This document shows, piece after piece, positions 13,461 to 26,104 of a DNA stretch of 64,000 bases. Both the position numbers and the translations under genes were made by a program. The stretch is from Octopus vulgaris (taxonomy: Eukaryota), in the NCBI GenBank assembly GCA_951406725.2, contig OX597826.1, positions 66,526,001-66,590,000 of the forward strand, in the 5' to 3' direction. Positions within the stretch are counted from its first letter, which is position 1, and every line of letters begins with the position of its first letter. Under the pieces are notes generated by a model. The model did not search any database. It saw only the letters and a program-made list of their open reading frames with translations, and was not told the origin of the DNA.

Positions 13461-13850
13461 AGGCGCAGGGGTGGCTGTGTGGTAAGTAGCATGCTAACCA
13501 ACCACATGGTTCCGGGTTCAGTCCCACTGCGTGGCATCTTGGGCAAGTGTCTTCTGCTATAGCCCCGGGCCGACCAAAGCCTTGTGAGTGGATTTGGTAG
13601 ACGGAAACTGAAAGATGCCTGTCGTATACATGTATATATATATGTGTGTGTCTGTGTGTGTGTTTGTTACCCTAGCATTGCTTGACAACCGATGCTGGTG
13701 TGTTTACGTCCCCGTCACTTAGCGGTTCGGCAAAAGAGACTGATAGAATAAGTACTGGGCTTAGAAAGAATAAGTCCCGGGGTCGATTTGCTCGACTAAA
13801 GGCGGTGCTCCAGCATGGCCGCAGTCAAATGACTGAAACAAGTAAAAGAG
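13461..13850 (+). mobile_element. tRNA-derived, CORE-like SINE family A (representative full-length copy)
   Basis: Head GGCGCAGGGGTGGCTGTGTGGTAAG...GGGTTCAGTCCC, CORE-like CTTGGGCAAGTGTCTT, central microsatellite, tail GAAACAAGTAAAAGAG. Other copies at about 14605-14815, 17931-18368, 24040-24530, 45460-46088, 47140-47362, 49470-49678, 53540-54030 (+) and 21378-21775, 27520-27700, 30170-30370, 39485-39998, 40140-40485, 48775-48900, 49245-49380, 59850-60066, 60350-60722 (-). Confidence 0.88.
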
Positions 13851-13931
13851 TATACACATGCATACACACGTACACATATATTCATCCATCTATCCATCCA
13901 TCCATCCATACATACATACATACATACATAA

Positions 13932-13964
<33 letters not shown>

Positions 13965-13965
13965 T

Positions 13966-14180
13966 TTCAAAATGTAACCATATGTGAATCGTTGCCGATT
14001 TTCTTCCTTCGTCTTCCTTTTCTATTGGACTTTCCTCTGTTTCTGAAGAAGAGCTCTGCTCGAAACATTAAACAACCTTTCTTTCCTTCCTTCTGCGTCT
14101 GCTTATACTTTACATGTTTCACGTCCTCGCATTGTATTTTTTTGCGTTGGTTCTCCATTTTTTTGGTGGGGACAGATTTA
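13966..14180 (+). mobile_element. Short TA-flanked element with hammerhead-like core (Penelope pLTR-like)
   Basis: TGTTT-CTGAAGA-A-GAGC-TCT-GCTC-GAAA-CATT-AAACA at 14038-14074. Confidence 0.58.
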
Positions 14181-14198
14181 CTATATATATATAGATAG

Positions 14199-14322
<124 letters not shown>

Positions 14323-14529
14323 GGATATATTTATATATCACGAGGCTCCGGCAGGGGATGGTGGGATATATACCAGCATATCATATATATATATATATGT
14401 ATATGTATATATATATATACACTCACTCACACGTACATGCATACAAACACACACACACACAAATATACCTAAATACATACACATACACACACGTATATAT
14501 ATATGTATATATATTCACATACACACAGA

Positions 14530-14600
<71 letters not shown>

Positions 14601-14816
14601 ATTTAATTGTGTATGTGTCTGTGTTTATCCCCTCCTACCTCACTTAAGAACTGATATTGGTGTGTTTACCCCCCTGTAACTTAACAATTCAGAAAATAAA
14701 GCGATAGAATACCAGGTTTACAAAGAACAAGTCCTGGGGTCGATTTCTTCGACTAAAACCCCTTTGAGGCGGTGCTACAGCATGGTCACAGTACAATGAC
14801 TGAATCAAGTAAAAGC

Positions 14817-14849
<33 letters not shown>

Positions 14850-15100
14850 AGTGTACAGATGACCTATATACCCTCATCGGTTTGAATGAACCAAAGTTTT
14901 CCGTTTTTGATGCTAAGCTTCCATTTAAGCTCACCAGGACGTCATCTGCTTTCAGTCATATTCACATACACACATTGATACCTTTACAATAACCATTTAG
15001 ATGTTTATATTTTTGTGTATATAAATACATGCATATGTACATACATACATACATACATACATACACATATATACATACATACACACACACATATTATATA

Positions 15101-15144
<44 letters not shown>

Positions 15145-15379
15145 ATATATATATATATTTATGTATATATATGTATATTTATATGTATGTATCCCTGTGT
15201 ATAATTAATACATAAGTCGTATGACGTCATCGCCGGCTTAATGGTTAGCTTAATATCAAAAACAGAGAAGCCTTGTTTATTCGACCAAGAAATTATTTTC
15301 AATAAGATTGTTTTCGTTGTTTCCGAACACCGAGGACATAAAGACCTGTGTATACACATAAACATACATACATATATAC

Positions 15380-15442
<63 letters not shown>

Positions 15443-15751
15443 TACAGGGTATGTATGTGTGGCTTGATTTGTTTATGTACAAGACATATCATTGGTGAGT
15501 TTTGTTTGTGGTCTTTAAGTCTAACATAAGGTTTGTACTTAGCTCGGCCTTCTACATATGTGAATTCTTAGTGCTACAACATGAATTCTGTTTTGTTTAT
15601 TTCCATTTTTCGCTTTGAATGGTTTTTGCCGTATGCTACTTTTTCTGTGAACCGTCTTTGCTAGCTTCTCACTCAGCTTTGCTCTATTTCTTAAGTAAGG
15701 ACATAGTGATTTACCTCACACGACGTTTCGTACAGCAAAATGCAGCCGATT

Positions 15752-15803
<52 letters not shown>

Positions 15804-15989
15804 AAGAGAAAGAGAATGCTGGGGTGGAGGAGAGAAGTTGTGGGAAGAAAAACCCTAAATAACAAGTTTTTGATTTATGTTACTTGGTAGAATCATTTAA
15901 GCATTGACAACAAAATAGAAAAATAAAGAAAAAAGAAGAAAATAAAAAAGAAAATTCTATCCATACACCAATTTTTTCCGCCCACCATT

Positions 15990-16550
15990 CCCGAGGAGTG
16001 GGTGGGGTGATAGAGCCTTCAGTCACCTTCTTCATAGGGTCTTATCAAAAGTGGCCACTAATAGACTTTCCGGCTGAATGCCGAGCGCGACCAAAAAGAC
16101 TGTGGATATTAGCCATCCATCTCGTTCTTGGTCTTTTCATAATTCTTCTGCATGTTGGCTTGACTTGAAGAATTCATCTTGTGATTCTCTCCTGCGACAT
16201 TCTTTTCACAAACCCATTGTACCAAAGCTGTCACCTCTCCATCCAAAGAAGTAGCGGTTCGACTGATCTCTGAGCTACGCCCCATGTCAAGTAAGGTTAC
16301 TCCAGAGACACTTCAGACGAACCCTATTTCGATCGTACTCTTGTGGTTATTACCCAACATTCATGACCATAAGTGAGAATAGGCACCAAAATCGAATTGT
16401 AGATGGCGAGTTTGGCTTCATTTTTTACTAACCTCTCCTCTTCCGAGGATCGAATGCTGGAGCAGGCGAATTGCTGTACCAACACCTGCAGTTCTAGCAT
16501 TCAATTCAGCCTTATACCTTTTATCGCTCGTGAACAGGATCACAAATATC
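15990..16550 (-). mobile_element. Decayed RTE-clade (Rex3/Expander-like) LINE 3' fragment
   Basis: Minus-strand translation with stops and frameshifts: ILFTSD...AKLAIYNSILVPILTYGHECWVIT...RPRTRW. Confidence 0.75.
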
Positions 16551-17108
16551 AACAGAATCTGAAGGCAGCATTTACGTCTCCTCAAGCAAAACTAATATAT
16601 AATATTAAAATAATCCTTGCTATCATAGGCGCAATGCTAGGATCGATTATATCGATCCTAGTATGCAACTGGTACGTATTTCATCGAGTCCGAATGGATG
16701 AAAGGCAAAGTCGACCTCAGCGGAATTTGAACTCAGAACGTATCGACAAACAAAATGCTGCTAAGTATTTTTCTCGGCGTTTTAACGATTCTGCTCGATC
16801 GTCGCCTTATTTTAAATGAAAATAACAGTAACGCTTGCAATAAGTTCTATAATAATAGAAGAGAAATTCTGTCTGTCCGTCTGGGACCCCCGTATCTCGG
16901 TATATATTTACTCTACATAGACATTATACGTTTTTGGAATCAGAATGATCTCGGGATTGAAAATATGTCCTTCATTTGGTTCTTGAACATCCAGCATTGG
17001 GACCTGATTTAAAAGCATTTAGGTTGCTATTTCTAGCAGGTAAAGCTTGGCTGATTCACTCCAACTTGGTGGCTTTTTATAAAACCACTTAACTTCCATC
17101 CATAGAAG

Positions 17109-18089
17109 ATGGAGCTTGTGAAGAATAGCAAAAGTAAGTTGAAATTATCTCATGAGAGATATATTTACGTAAAACAAATGGTGTGGTATCTTACGAATGT
17201 GAACGACGGAGGTCTGAGGCATGATGTAAAGCAAAGGTAAAAATGCGGCAAAGGGAGATTATCGAACAAATATACAGTCACACACGCGCACCAGATATAC
17301 CGAGGTGTGAAGCTGAAAAAGTATTTCAAGAAATTAAAAAAAACGTGCAGCAAAATCTAAAGAAACTACACAACAAATCATTGCCGAAGCTTGCACATCT
17401 ATATCGGAAGAGATAGCTACAAAACTACTTTCCCTCCGTAACCTCCGACGAAATGTAAGATGCCATAAACAGAAGGAAAGGAACCAAGGAACCATTTACC
17501 GTTGCCATCATATACTCAAGATCTTATTATACATGAAAACTGTTTAAAAACAGTAAATGGAGAATAAGTTTTGGTGCATGATTCAACGTTTGACGGTAAA
17601 AGGATTTTGATATCTGAAATTTCTAAAAAAATTCTGCTTGTTGGTGTTTTGATGGAACATTTAAAGTTGTCCCTGAAATTTTCAGCCAGTTGTATATGAT
17701 TCATGCCTTAGTAACCCAACGCACTATACCCTGCATCTATGCACTCTTGCCGGATAAGGCTCAGATAACTTATAAAAAGTTAGTACAGGAAGTAAAGAAC
17801 TCGACAGATTGCACTCCTGTGGGTGCAGTGATAAATTTTGGAAAAAAGAGCAATGCTGAATACTTTATTTGTGCACTTTCCTAAAACGGACGTTAAAGGG
17901 TGCCTCCTTCATTTGTGTCAAACTATATTTAGGCGCAGGAGTGACTGTGTGGTAAGTAGTTTGCTTGCCAACCACATGGTTCCGGGTTCATTTTTACTGC
18001 GTGGCACCTTGGGCAAGTGTCTTCAGCTATAGCCTCGGGCCGACCAATGTCTAGTGAGTGGATTTGGTAGACGGAAACTGAAAGAAGCC

Positions 18090-18130
<41 letters not shown>

Positions 18131-18896
18131 TGTGAGTGTATATGTTTGTGTGTCTGTGTTTGTCCCCCCAACATCGCTTGGCAACCGATGCTGGTGTGTT
18201 TGCGCCCCCGTAACTTACCGGTTCGGCAAAAGAGACCGATAGAATAAGTACTAGGCTTCCAAAGAATAAGTCCTGGGGTCGATTTGCTCGACTAAAGGCG
18301 GTGCTCCAGCATGGCCGCAGTCAAAATGACTGAAACAAGTAAAAGAATTAAAAAAAAGAGTAAAAGAGCATAGGAAAATACAGGTGTTTGGCTTTCGAAA
18401 GCATTTTCGAGACAATGTTGATTTTTCTCTCAAAACGAGGATGGTAGCAGCCCTTGCCTTTATACCTCCTGAATCTGTTCAGGAAGCTTTTGAAGAGCTC
18501 TATGATATTATGCCAGAAGAAGCTTTGCCAGTTTGGGATTACTTCGAAGGCACTTATATCGGCAGGTCATGTCAACGAGCACACTTTGCAATATGCACGT
18601 AAGAACAAACACTGAATTTCATTGTACGAATAATTCTGTCGAAGGATGGTACCGGCATTTTGTATCACTTGCCGGGTGTTCCCATACAGTCATCTGGAAG
18701 TATACGAGTATCTTAGGACGAGCAATTAACTTTCAAAATGTCGAACTGACTCAGACTATTGCTGGTATCGCTACTAAACCACCGAGAACGAAATATAAGG
18801 ATGCAACATCACGAATTTTATCAGTTGCACAAAAATACCAAGAAAAAAACATAATTAGATTTTCTTAGAAACATTGCATGTAATTTAAGGCTTTAA
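17109..18896 (+). pseudogene. Decayed FLYWCH + MULE (Mutator/Phantom-like) transposase
   Basis: MELVKNSK..YIYVK..YECERRR..CKAKV (FLYWCH-like), FDGTFKVVPEIFSQLYMIH, PCIYALLPDK, KGCLLHLCQ, ALAFIP, DYFEGTYIG, TNNSVEGW. Many frameshifts, and a SINE A inserted at 17931-18368. Confidence 0.88.
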
Positions 18897-19045
18897 ATAA
18901 ACGTTTGGCATTTCCACATGAAGTTTCGCTGCGATTATATCTATTCCTAAATTTTAGCCCAAAATATCAACTAATAACTATTTAAAATTTTTTATAAAAT
19001 TTCATTTTCCTAAAATATTGTTATTATAAAGAAAGAACAATATCC

Positions 19046-19143
19046 CGGGGGATTTTGTCTTGCAGGGATTTTGTCTTGTAGGGTGGGGCGGGATTTACTC
19101 TTGCGGGGATTTTGTCCCTGGGTGGATTTTGTCCTAGTACCGT
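19046..19143 (+). repeat. Subterminal GGATTTTGTC repeats marking the right end of the MULE element
   Basis: Five copies (one variant) of GGATTTTGTC 150-250 bp downstream of the transposase stop. Confidence 0.65.
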
Positions 19144-19445
19144 CCACACCCTATGATACAAACATTGTTCTCGGATGGCAAAGTAATATTCCAAGAAAAA
19201 TAATAGGCCGGTTCATACGGCTAATGTTATTCTAATTCGGTAGGAAGAGCACAGAAGTAAAGTAGATCACTTTGACACCAACAATCACAGGACCTCAGTA
19301 TAATTAAGCATTTATGGTGCAGTCGGGAGCAACAAGTGAGGAGACGTTTCCATCCGACGTCTTCGCTGAAAGAAACTAAAGTAAATTTCATTTGAAGAAT
19401 GTCATAAAATTCCCCTAACAACTATTGAGAACCTGTACGATTCTT

Positions 19446-19995
19446 ATTTCTTGGTTGCCCACAAAGGTCTAAACATAGAGAGGACAAACAAGGAAAGACA
19501 AAGGGATTAAGTCAATTACATCGACTTCAGTGCGTAACTGGTACTTAATTTATCGACCCCGAAAGGATGAAAGGCAAAGTCGACCTCGGCGGAATTTGAA
19601 CTCAGAACGTAGCGGTAGACGAAATACCTATTTCTTTATTACCCACAAGAGGCTAAACACAGAGGGGACAGACAAGGACAGACAAACGGATTAAGTCGAT
19701 TATATCGACCCCAGTGCGTAACTGGTACTTAATTTATCGACCCCGAAAGGATGAAAGGCAAAGTCGACCTCGGCGGAATTTGAACTCAGAACGTAACGGC
19801 AGACGAAATACCTATTTCTTTACTGCTCACAAGGGACTACACACAGAGGGGACAAACAAGGACAGATTTAATCGACCCCGAAAGGATGAAAGGCAAAGTT
19901 GACCTCGGCGGAATTTGAACTCAGAACGTAGCGGCAGACGAAATACCGCTAAGCATTTCGTCTGGCCTGCTAACGTTTCTGCCAGCTCGCCGCCA
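19446..19995 (-). mobile_element. SINE family B trimer with 16-bp TSD
   Basis: AACCTGTACGATTCTT at 19430-19445 and 20001-20016. One head plus three body units, the first with an internal deletion. Confidence 0.9.
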
Positions 19996-20109
19996 AAGAA
20001 AACCTGTACGATTCTTCGACATATTAAAGCTGTGATTGATGCCAGAGGTGGACCGGCTCCGTATCAAATCATAAAACCTCCATTTAACAAAGTGTTTCCC
20101 TTGTTTTAT

Positions 20110-20640
20110 CTAGTCTCTGTATGTCACATTTCTATGGAAGACAATACGCGGTCAGCAGCTGTCAAAAAGTGTCATTTAAGTACTGCTTTTCAAATGACGC
20201 GTGATGTAACTAAAGTAATATACAAGGACATTCGTAGGTCAAACTGCCCTGGGATAAATATAGACGTCGCCGTTGTGTGTTGAATATCTACGTACATATA
20301 AGCACAAAAGATATTGTTGGAACATTCTCTTCAAAAATCCGTAAAGTTCAATCATAGCAGATCTGAAAGAGCTGTTTGGGAAAGAGAAGAAAAATTATAT
20401 TCTATCATCGAGATCAATAGCCTGATATATTTGAACATTTCTTTTAAAATCATTGAGGAGGAAAATATTTATAGGAAATTCCACCGAAAAAACCTGTAAC
20501 TTAATTACATTGATTATAAATTCACATTTATACCAATGATTACTGATGCAGGCAGATGGCTATATTAGTAAATGTTTGGACAATCTCGAAAAGCTGGGAT
20601 ATTCTAGGTAAAGAAAGTGACCAGCTAACGTGAACGGGTT
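20110..20640 (+). mobile_element. Old, decayed RLE-type LINE C-terminal fragment (related to 26105-27360)
   Basis: Degenerate zinc knuckle/RHD region, then VWEREEKLYSIIEI..LNISFKIIEEENIY, DYKFTFIPMI and GYISKCLDNLEKLGYS, paralleling the 27119-27360 translation. Confidence 0.65.
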
Positions 20641-20659
20641 TTTTTTTATTACAAGGTTG

Positions 20660-21060
20660 TGAATGGGATTTTTCATTATACGGCTGTGAGAAATGGATAC
20701 TTTATCGTTGGGACATCAAAAAGCTCGCGCTGTCTTAAACAACAAAAGCACTATGCAACCAACAATGCTATCCTAGATAAAGAAAAAAAAGAGCGAAGCA
20801 TAGAATCCACCATGATGAGACATTGGCTAACATGGTTAGGGTAAGTGATTACAATACCAGAAGAGAAATTTTTTCGCCAATCCTCTTTGATGAAATTAAT
20901 TCTTGGTTGAAACTATGAGGATGTTCTTATCTTCGTTACAAAGACCAGCAAAAGACAAGCCTTAAAAGAGCCGGAATTGAAACGGAAACGTGGGAAACTG
21001 AGGCCTTAAATCTCAACAAATGGTTTCACTCTAACACTGCTTGAATTGACGTTTCTGTAG
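20660..21060 (+). mobile_element. Decayed RTE LINE 3' fragment
   Basis: LYGCEKWILYRWDIKKL...RHWLTWLG...LRYKDQQKTSLKRAGIETETWETEALN, the typical RTE ORF C-terminus. Confidence 0.72.
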
Positions 21061-21122
21061 TCAAAAGTTTAAGGAAAGATAAAGAAAGGAAAAAAAAAAA
21101 AAAACGTAATGAATGCCTGATG

Positions 21123-21153
<31 letters not shown>

Positions 21154-21937
21154 ACCAGTCATCCTATCCGACCCGGTAAATCTTGCTCGCCTTCTTTGTT
21201 TTACGTAAGGATTGGCCTGCTTAGTCATTCACCAACGCCATCAACGCGGTAGACCTACTCAGTGAAGAGGAAACTGAAATGTTTCGGACACAAGATACAA
21301 CAGACGACGACGATGACGTCAGCGATGACGACGACGATAACGACGACGATAACTGCAGTCCGCCATCGTAAGACATATCCTCTTTTACTTGTTTCAGTTA
21401 TTTGACTGTGGCCATGCTGGTGCACCGCCTTTAGTCGAGCAAATCTACTTATACTTTGTAAGCCTAGTACTTACTCTATCGGTCTCTTTTGCCGAACCGC
21501 TATCTTACGGCGACGTAAACACACCAGCATCGGTTGTCAAGCGATGTTGGGGGGGGGGACAAACACAGACACACAAACATATACACACGCACATACACAT
21601 ATATATACTTATACATATCTACGACGGGCTTCTTTCAGTTTCCGTCTACCAAATCCACTCACAAGGCATTGGTCGGCCCGGAGCTATAGTAGAAGACACT
21701 CGTCAAAGTGGGACTGAACCCGGAACCATGTGGTTCGTAAGCAAGCTACTTACCACACAGCCACTCCTACGCCTCATAGCCAAAACTTTTCTAAAGAACA
21801 ACATTTAACAATTATCATTCTTACCTATTTTCTTCCTTTGCAACAGAACTTTGTTTTTTTTTATTTGTTAGAAATTAGTTCTCCTTATCGAAAGAATTCA
21901 AATAATAAAATGAAAAAAAAAAAAGAAGTTATTTTAA

Positions 21938-22336
21938 TCCTTTCTACTATAGGCACATGACCTGAAATTTGGTGGAAAGGGACAAGTCGATTACATAGAC
22001 CCCAGTGCGTAACTGGCACTTATTTTATCGAACCCGAGAGGATTAAAGGCAAAGTCAACCTCGGCGGAATTTGAACTCAGAACGTAACGACGGGCGAAAT
22101 ACCTATTTCTTTACTACCTACAAGGGGCTAAACACAGAGACGACAAACAAGGACAGACAAACGGATTAAGTCGATTATATCGACCCCAGTGCGTAACTGG
22201 TACTTATTTAATCGACCCCGAAAGGATGAAAGGCAAAGTCTACCTCGGCGGAATTTGAACTCAGAACGTAGCGGCAGACGAAATACTGCTAAGCATTCCG
22301 CCCGGTGTGCTAACGTTTCTGCCAGCTCGCCGCCTT
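21938..22336 (-). mobile_element. SINE family B dimer with two different tails
   Basis: Same GAAATAG|GTATTTCG junction at about 22101. The distal unit ends in the alternative ...GTGCCTATAGTAGAAAGGA tail. Confidence 0.8.
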
Positions 22337-22857
22337 AATAAAGAAAAAGAAAAAAAGAGAAAAAATAAAGAATTATAATATATGAATAACAGAATAACTA
22401 ACCAACCCATCTACACATAGATATATTAATGGTATTTCTTCTACGCAAACGAGACGGCAATATATAACAAACATTAAAATGAAGGCCAATAACAGATCAG
22501 GTTTGAATATGAATAAACCAGCGTTATGAGAGACAACTTGAATAAAGATATGTACACGTTCTGTATGCTTTATCTCGATAACATGGATTTTGATTTTTAA
22601 AATTCCATGCTCAGGTTTAGATACTGGCGGCATATCGTGTCCTTCAGCAAGACACTTTATTTTACGTCGCTCCAGTCCGCTCAGCTAACAGTTGTAGTGT
22701 AACATCTGATTTAAACATCAAGTCGTCAGCTGAGTGGCCTGGAGCAATGGGTGTGTATGTATGTATGTATGTATTTATGTATGTATGTATGTATGTATGT
22801 ATGTATGTATGTGTGTATGTACGTACGTATGTATGCATGTATGTATATATGTATGTA

Positions 22858-23370
22858 CCGTAAATCCTCGAGTATAATCCGCATCTTTTTTTCCAAAATT
22901 TAAAGGGCAAAATCCCTAGTGCGTACTATATACGAGGTTAAAAATGAAAAATATCTTCTAAGCAATGTCCGAGACTCTATTTGCTGTCCGGCAATGTTTA
23001 TTCAGACGCATTTTGTGATGTCGGGCGCGAAAATACCTTAAGCTAAGCCTGAAAGCAATGAAGTCATAAAAGAATCATCCATAACTTGCAGTAAGCAACA
23101 TTTATTAAACGTTATTACTGTTATTTCTTTATTTTCTGCAAACAGAATGCACAAAAAAGCTACACGTCTGCATTATGTTATATATACAATAATAATAAAG
23201 GACGTTAGCGTATACATTTTTACAAACCAAGGATGTTATATAGACTTCCTTGACTCAAGTTAGAGAAGGGGTGCGTATTATACAAAAGGTTTAGACTTTT
23301 CAGATGTACAGCCCCCTAAAAATCCCCTGCGTATTATACTCAAGGGTGAACTATACTCGAGGATTTACGG
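22858..23370. mobile_element. Tc1/mariner-pogo-type MITE (513 bp)
   Basis: Perfect TIR CCGTAAATCCTCGAGTATA ... TATACTCGAGGATTTACGG with TA TSD, inserted in a (TATG)n tract. Confidence 0.92.
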
Positions 23371-23857
23371 TATGTATGTATGTATGTAGGTATGTATTAT
23401 TTTTCTCTTTTCAATTTAATGTTGCTTTTAACCGGTCACCTACCTGATAGCTAATTCGAGAAGAAAAGTGTCTTTATTGATAATTTAAATCTTAAGAAAG
23501 CTTTGCAGATTTTTATTGTGCCGGATATGATCGGTTGAAGCGTATAAATTAATACTTTAACTGCGAAATTACATTTCATGGTGGTTTAACCAATGATGTC
23601 AAATATCTACCATAAAATAGAATTGGTAATTTCTGCAATTTACCTGAGTAAACTTGACATATTTTAATAATATAAATAGTATCAAAGAACGACATTCTAC
23701 AATAAAAGAAAGATTGGTATGTGGAAAAACTGCGTTCCGCATGTGAGTGTAACATAATTATCAGTGGATGGGTAAGACTTCCGAATTAAAGATGTTAGAT
23801 TGTTGTATTCCATCTCCATGTATGTATGTACGTATGCATGCTCAAGCGCACTTATAC

Positions 23858-23908
<51 letters not shown>

Positions 23909-23962
23909 AACACACACACACACTCACACACACACACACACACATATATGTGTGTATATGTA

Positions 23963-23998
<36 letters not shown>

Positions 23999-24176
23999 TG
24001 TATGTATGTATATACGTGTGTGTGTGTTTGTGTCTGTATATTGGCTCTGTGGTAAGTAGCTTGCTTACCAACCAAATGGCTCCGGGTTCAGTCCCACTAC
24101 GTGGTATCTTGGGCAAGTGTCTTTTATTATAGACTTGTGAGTGGATTTGGTAGATGGAAACTGAAATAAGTCCGTC

Positions 24177-24307
<131 letters not shown>

Positions 24308-24528
24308 TAAGTTAGTGAGTTTGTGTTTGTCCCCTCACCACCCCGCAACATCGCTTAACAACCGACGCCCATATGTTTACATCCCCATAACTTAGCGGTT
24401 CGGCAAGAGAGACCGATAGAATAAGTACTAGGCTTACGCAGAATAAGTTCTGAGGTCGATTTGCTCGACTAAAGGCGGTGCTCCAGTATGGCCGCAGTCA
24501 AATGACTAAACCAAGTAAAAGAATAAAA

Positions 24529-24562
<34 letters not shown>

Positions 24563-24602
24563 CATGTCTATGTATGTGTGTGTGCATATATCTCTGTGTA
24601 TG

Positions 24603-24635
<33 letters not shown>

Positions 24636-24637
<2 letters not shown>

Positions 24638-25290
24638 CAATAAGAACATGGAGAGGATCAATAGGTGGTTCATCAACTTTTAGACATTATATTCTATTGA
24701 TCCCCTTTATTTTCTTATTGCTATATAAATTAATGGTAAAATATTTCTTTACCTACACCTATTTAGTACACTAGGTAATGTAATTGCAATGTAATAAAAA
24801 ACACTGGGTATTCTACCAGCAGTATATTGGTGGATATTATCCCTTATTGGGTTGGCCGAAACAGCTGTAAGATGTAATCTATACTTATATTTATATTTAC
24901 TTATATTTATATTCTCTTATATATATATTCTACTTATTATACAGCATTACTCTTTTATGTACACTTTTTTATGTACATTCCTTTATGTACACTGATTTGT
25001 TCTGCTTTTTATATTTAACCCTACAGTCTCTTATGTGGTGGTTTAATATAGTATGTGATTGAGTATTATCTGGTAATTGATATTTGATTTAGATGTGTTT
25101 CTCCATTTTCTTATCTTGTATTAGTAATTTGTGGTAAATCATTTTACCTTTGCCCATATAATACAGTAAATGAATTGATTGCATCGCAATCATTAACATT
25201 TATGTATTAACTTTGTTGGGTACTTCACTAGCAGTATATTGGATATATGTTATCCCATGGAGGGTTGCATTTACAACCCCTATCTCAATT

Positions 25291-25292
<2 letters not shown>
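24636..25292 (+). mobile_element. Penelope-like pLTR-type repeat with partial tandem duplication
   Basis: 24735-24855 is repeated in diverged form at about 25130-25290. Half-hammerhead GAAACAGCTGTA at 24858-24869. An inverted relative lies at 27940-28160. Confidence 0.5.
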
Positions 25293-25329
<37 letters not shown>

Positions 25330-25658
25330 GTTGTTAGTGACTTCGAATATTCGGCCAGCTAAGCCATCCGAAGATGGCTAAGCCGACAAAGAAAAATTTC
25401 GGGAAAAAGAAACATTCATATATATATGTATTTCTTTACTACCCACAAGGGGCTAAACACAGAGGGGACAAACAAGGACAGACAAAGGGATTAAGTCGAT
25501 TCCATCGACCCCAGTGCGTAACTGGTACTTAATTTATCGACCCCGAAAGGATGAAAGGTAAAGTCGACCTCGGCGGAATTTGAACTCGCAACGTAACGGC
25601 AGACGAAATACGGCTTCGCATTTCGCCCGGCGTGCTACCGTTTCTGCCAGCTCGCCGC

Positions 25659-25848
<190 letters not shown>

Positions 25849-26104
25849 TGCGTGTGCATCATCTTTTGTTCCTTTACTTGTTTCAGCCATTGGCTCAGAC
25901 CATGCTGGGGCACCACTAATCTGTAGAATTCCCGCTCTAAATAATACAGGCAATCCTGCTTTAGTACTTATTTCGTAGCCGTAAACCTTGTTGTAAGAAC
26001 AGTAATACTTCCATTCATGTGTGTGTAAGCGCATACATTCATGTGTGTATGCATGCATATATGTATGTTTTTAAGCATGCTTGCTGGTATGTATGTATGT
26101 ATGT

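Noticed and set aside
20800-20846. Apparent exon ending at TTAGG|GTAAGT
   Set aside because: It lies within the decayed RTE ORF (WLTWLG motif), so the donor is likely coincidental.
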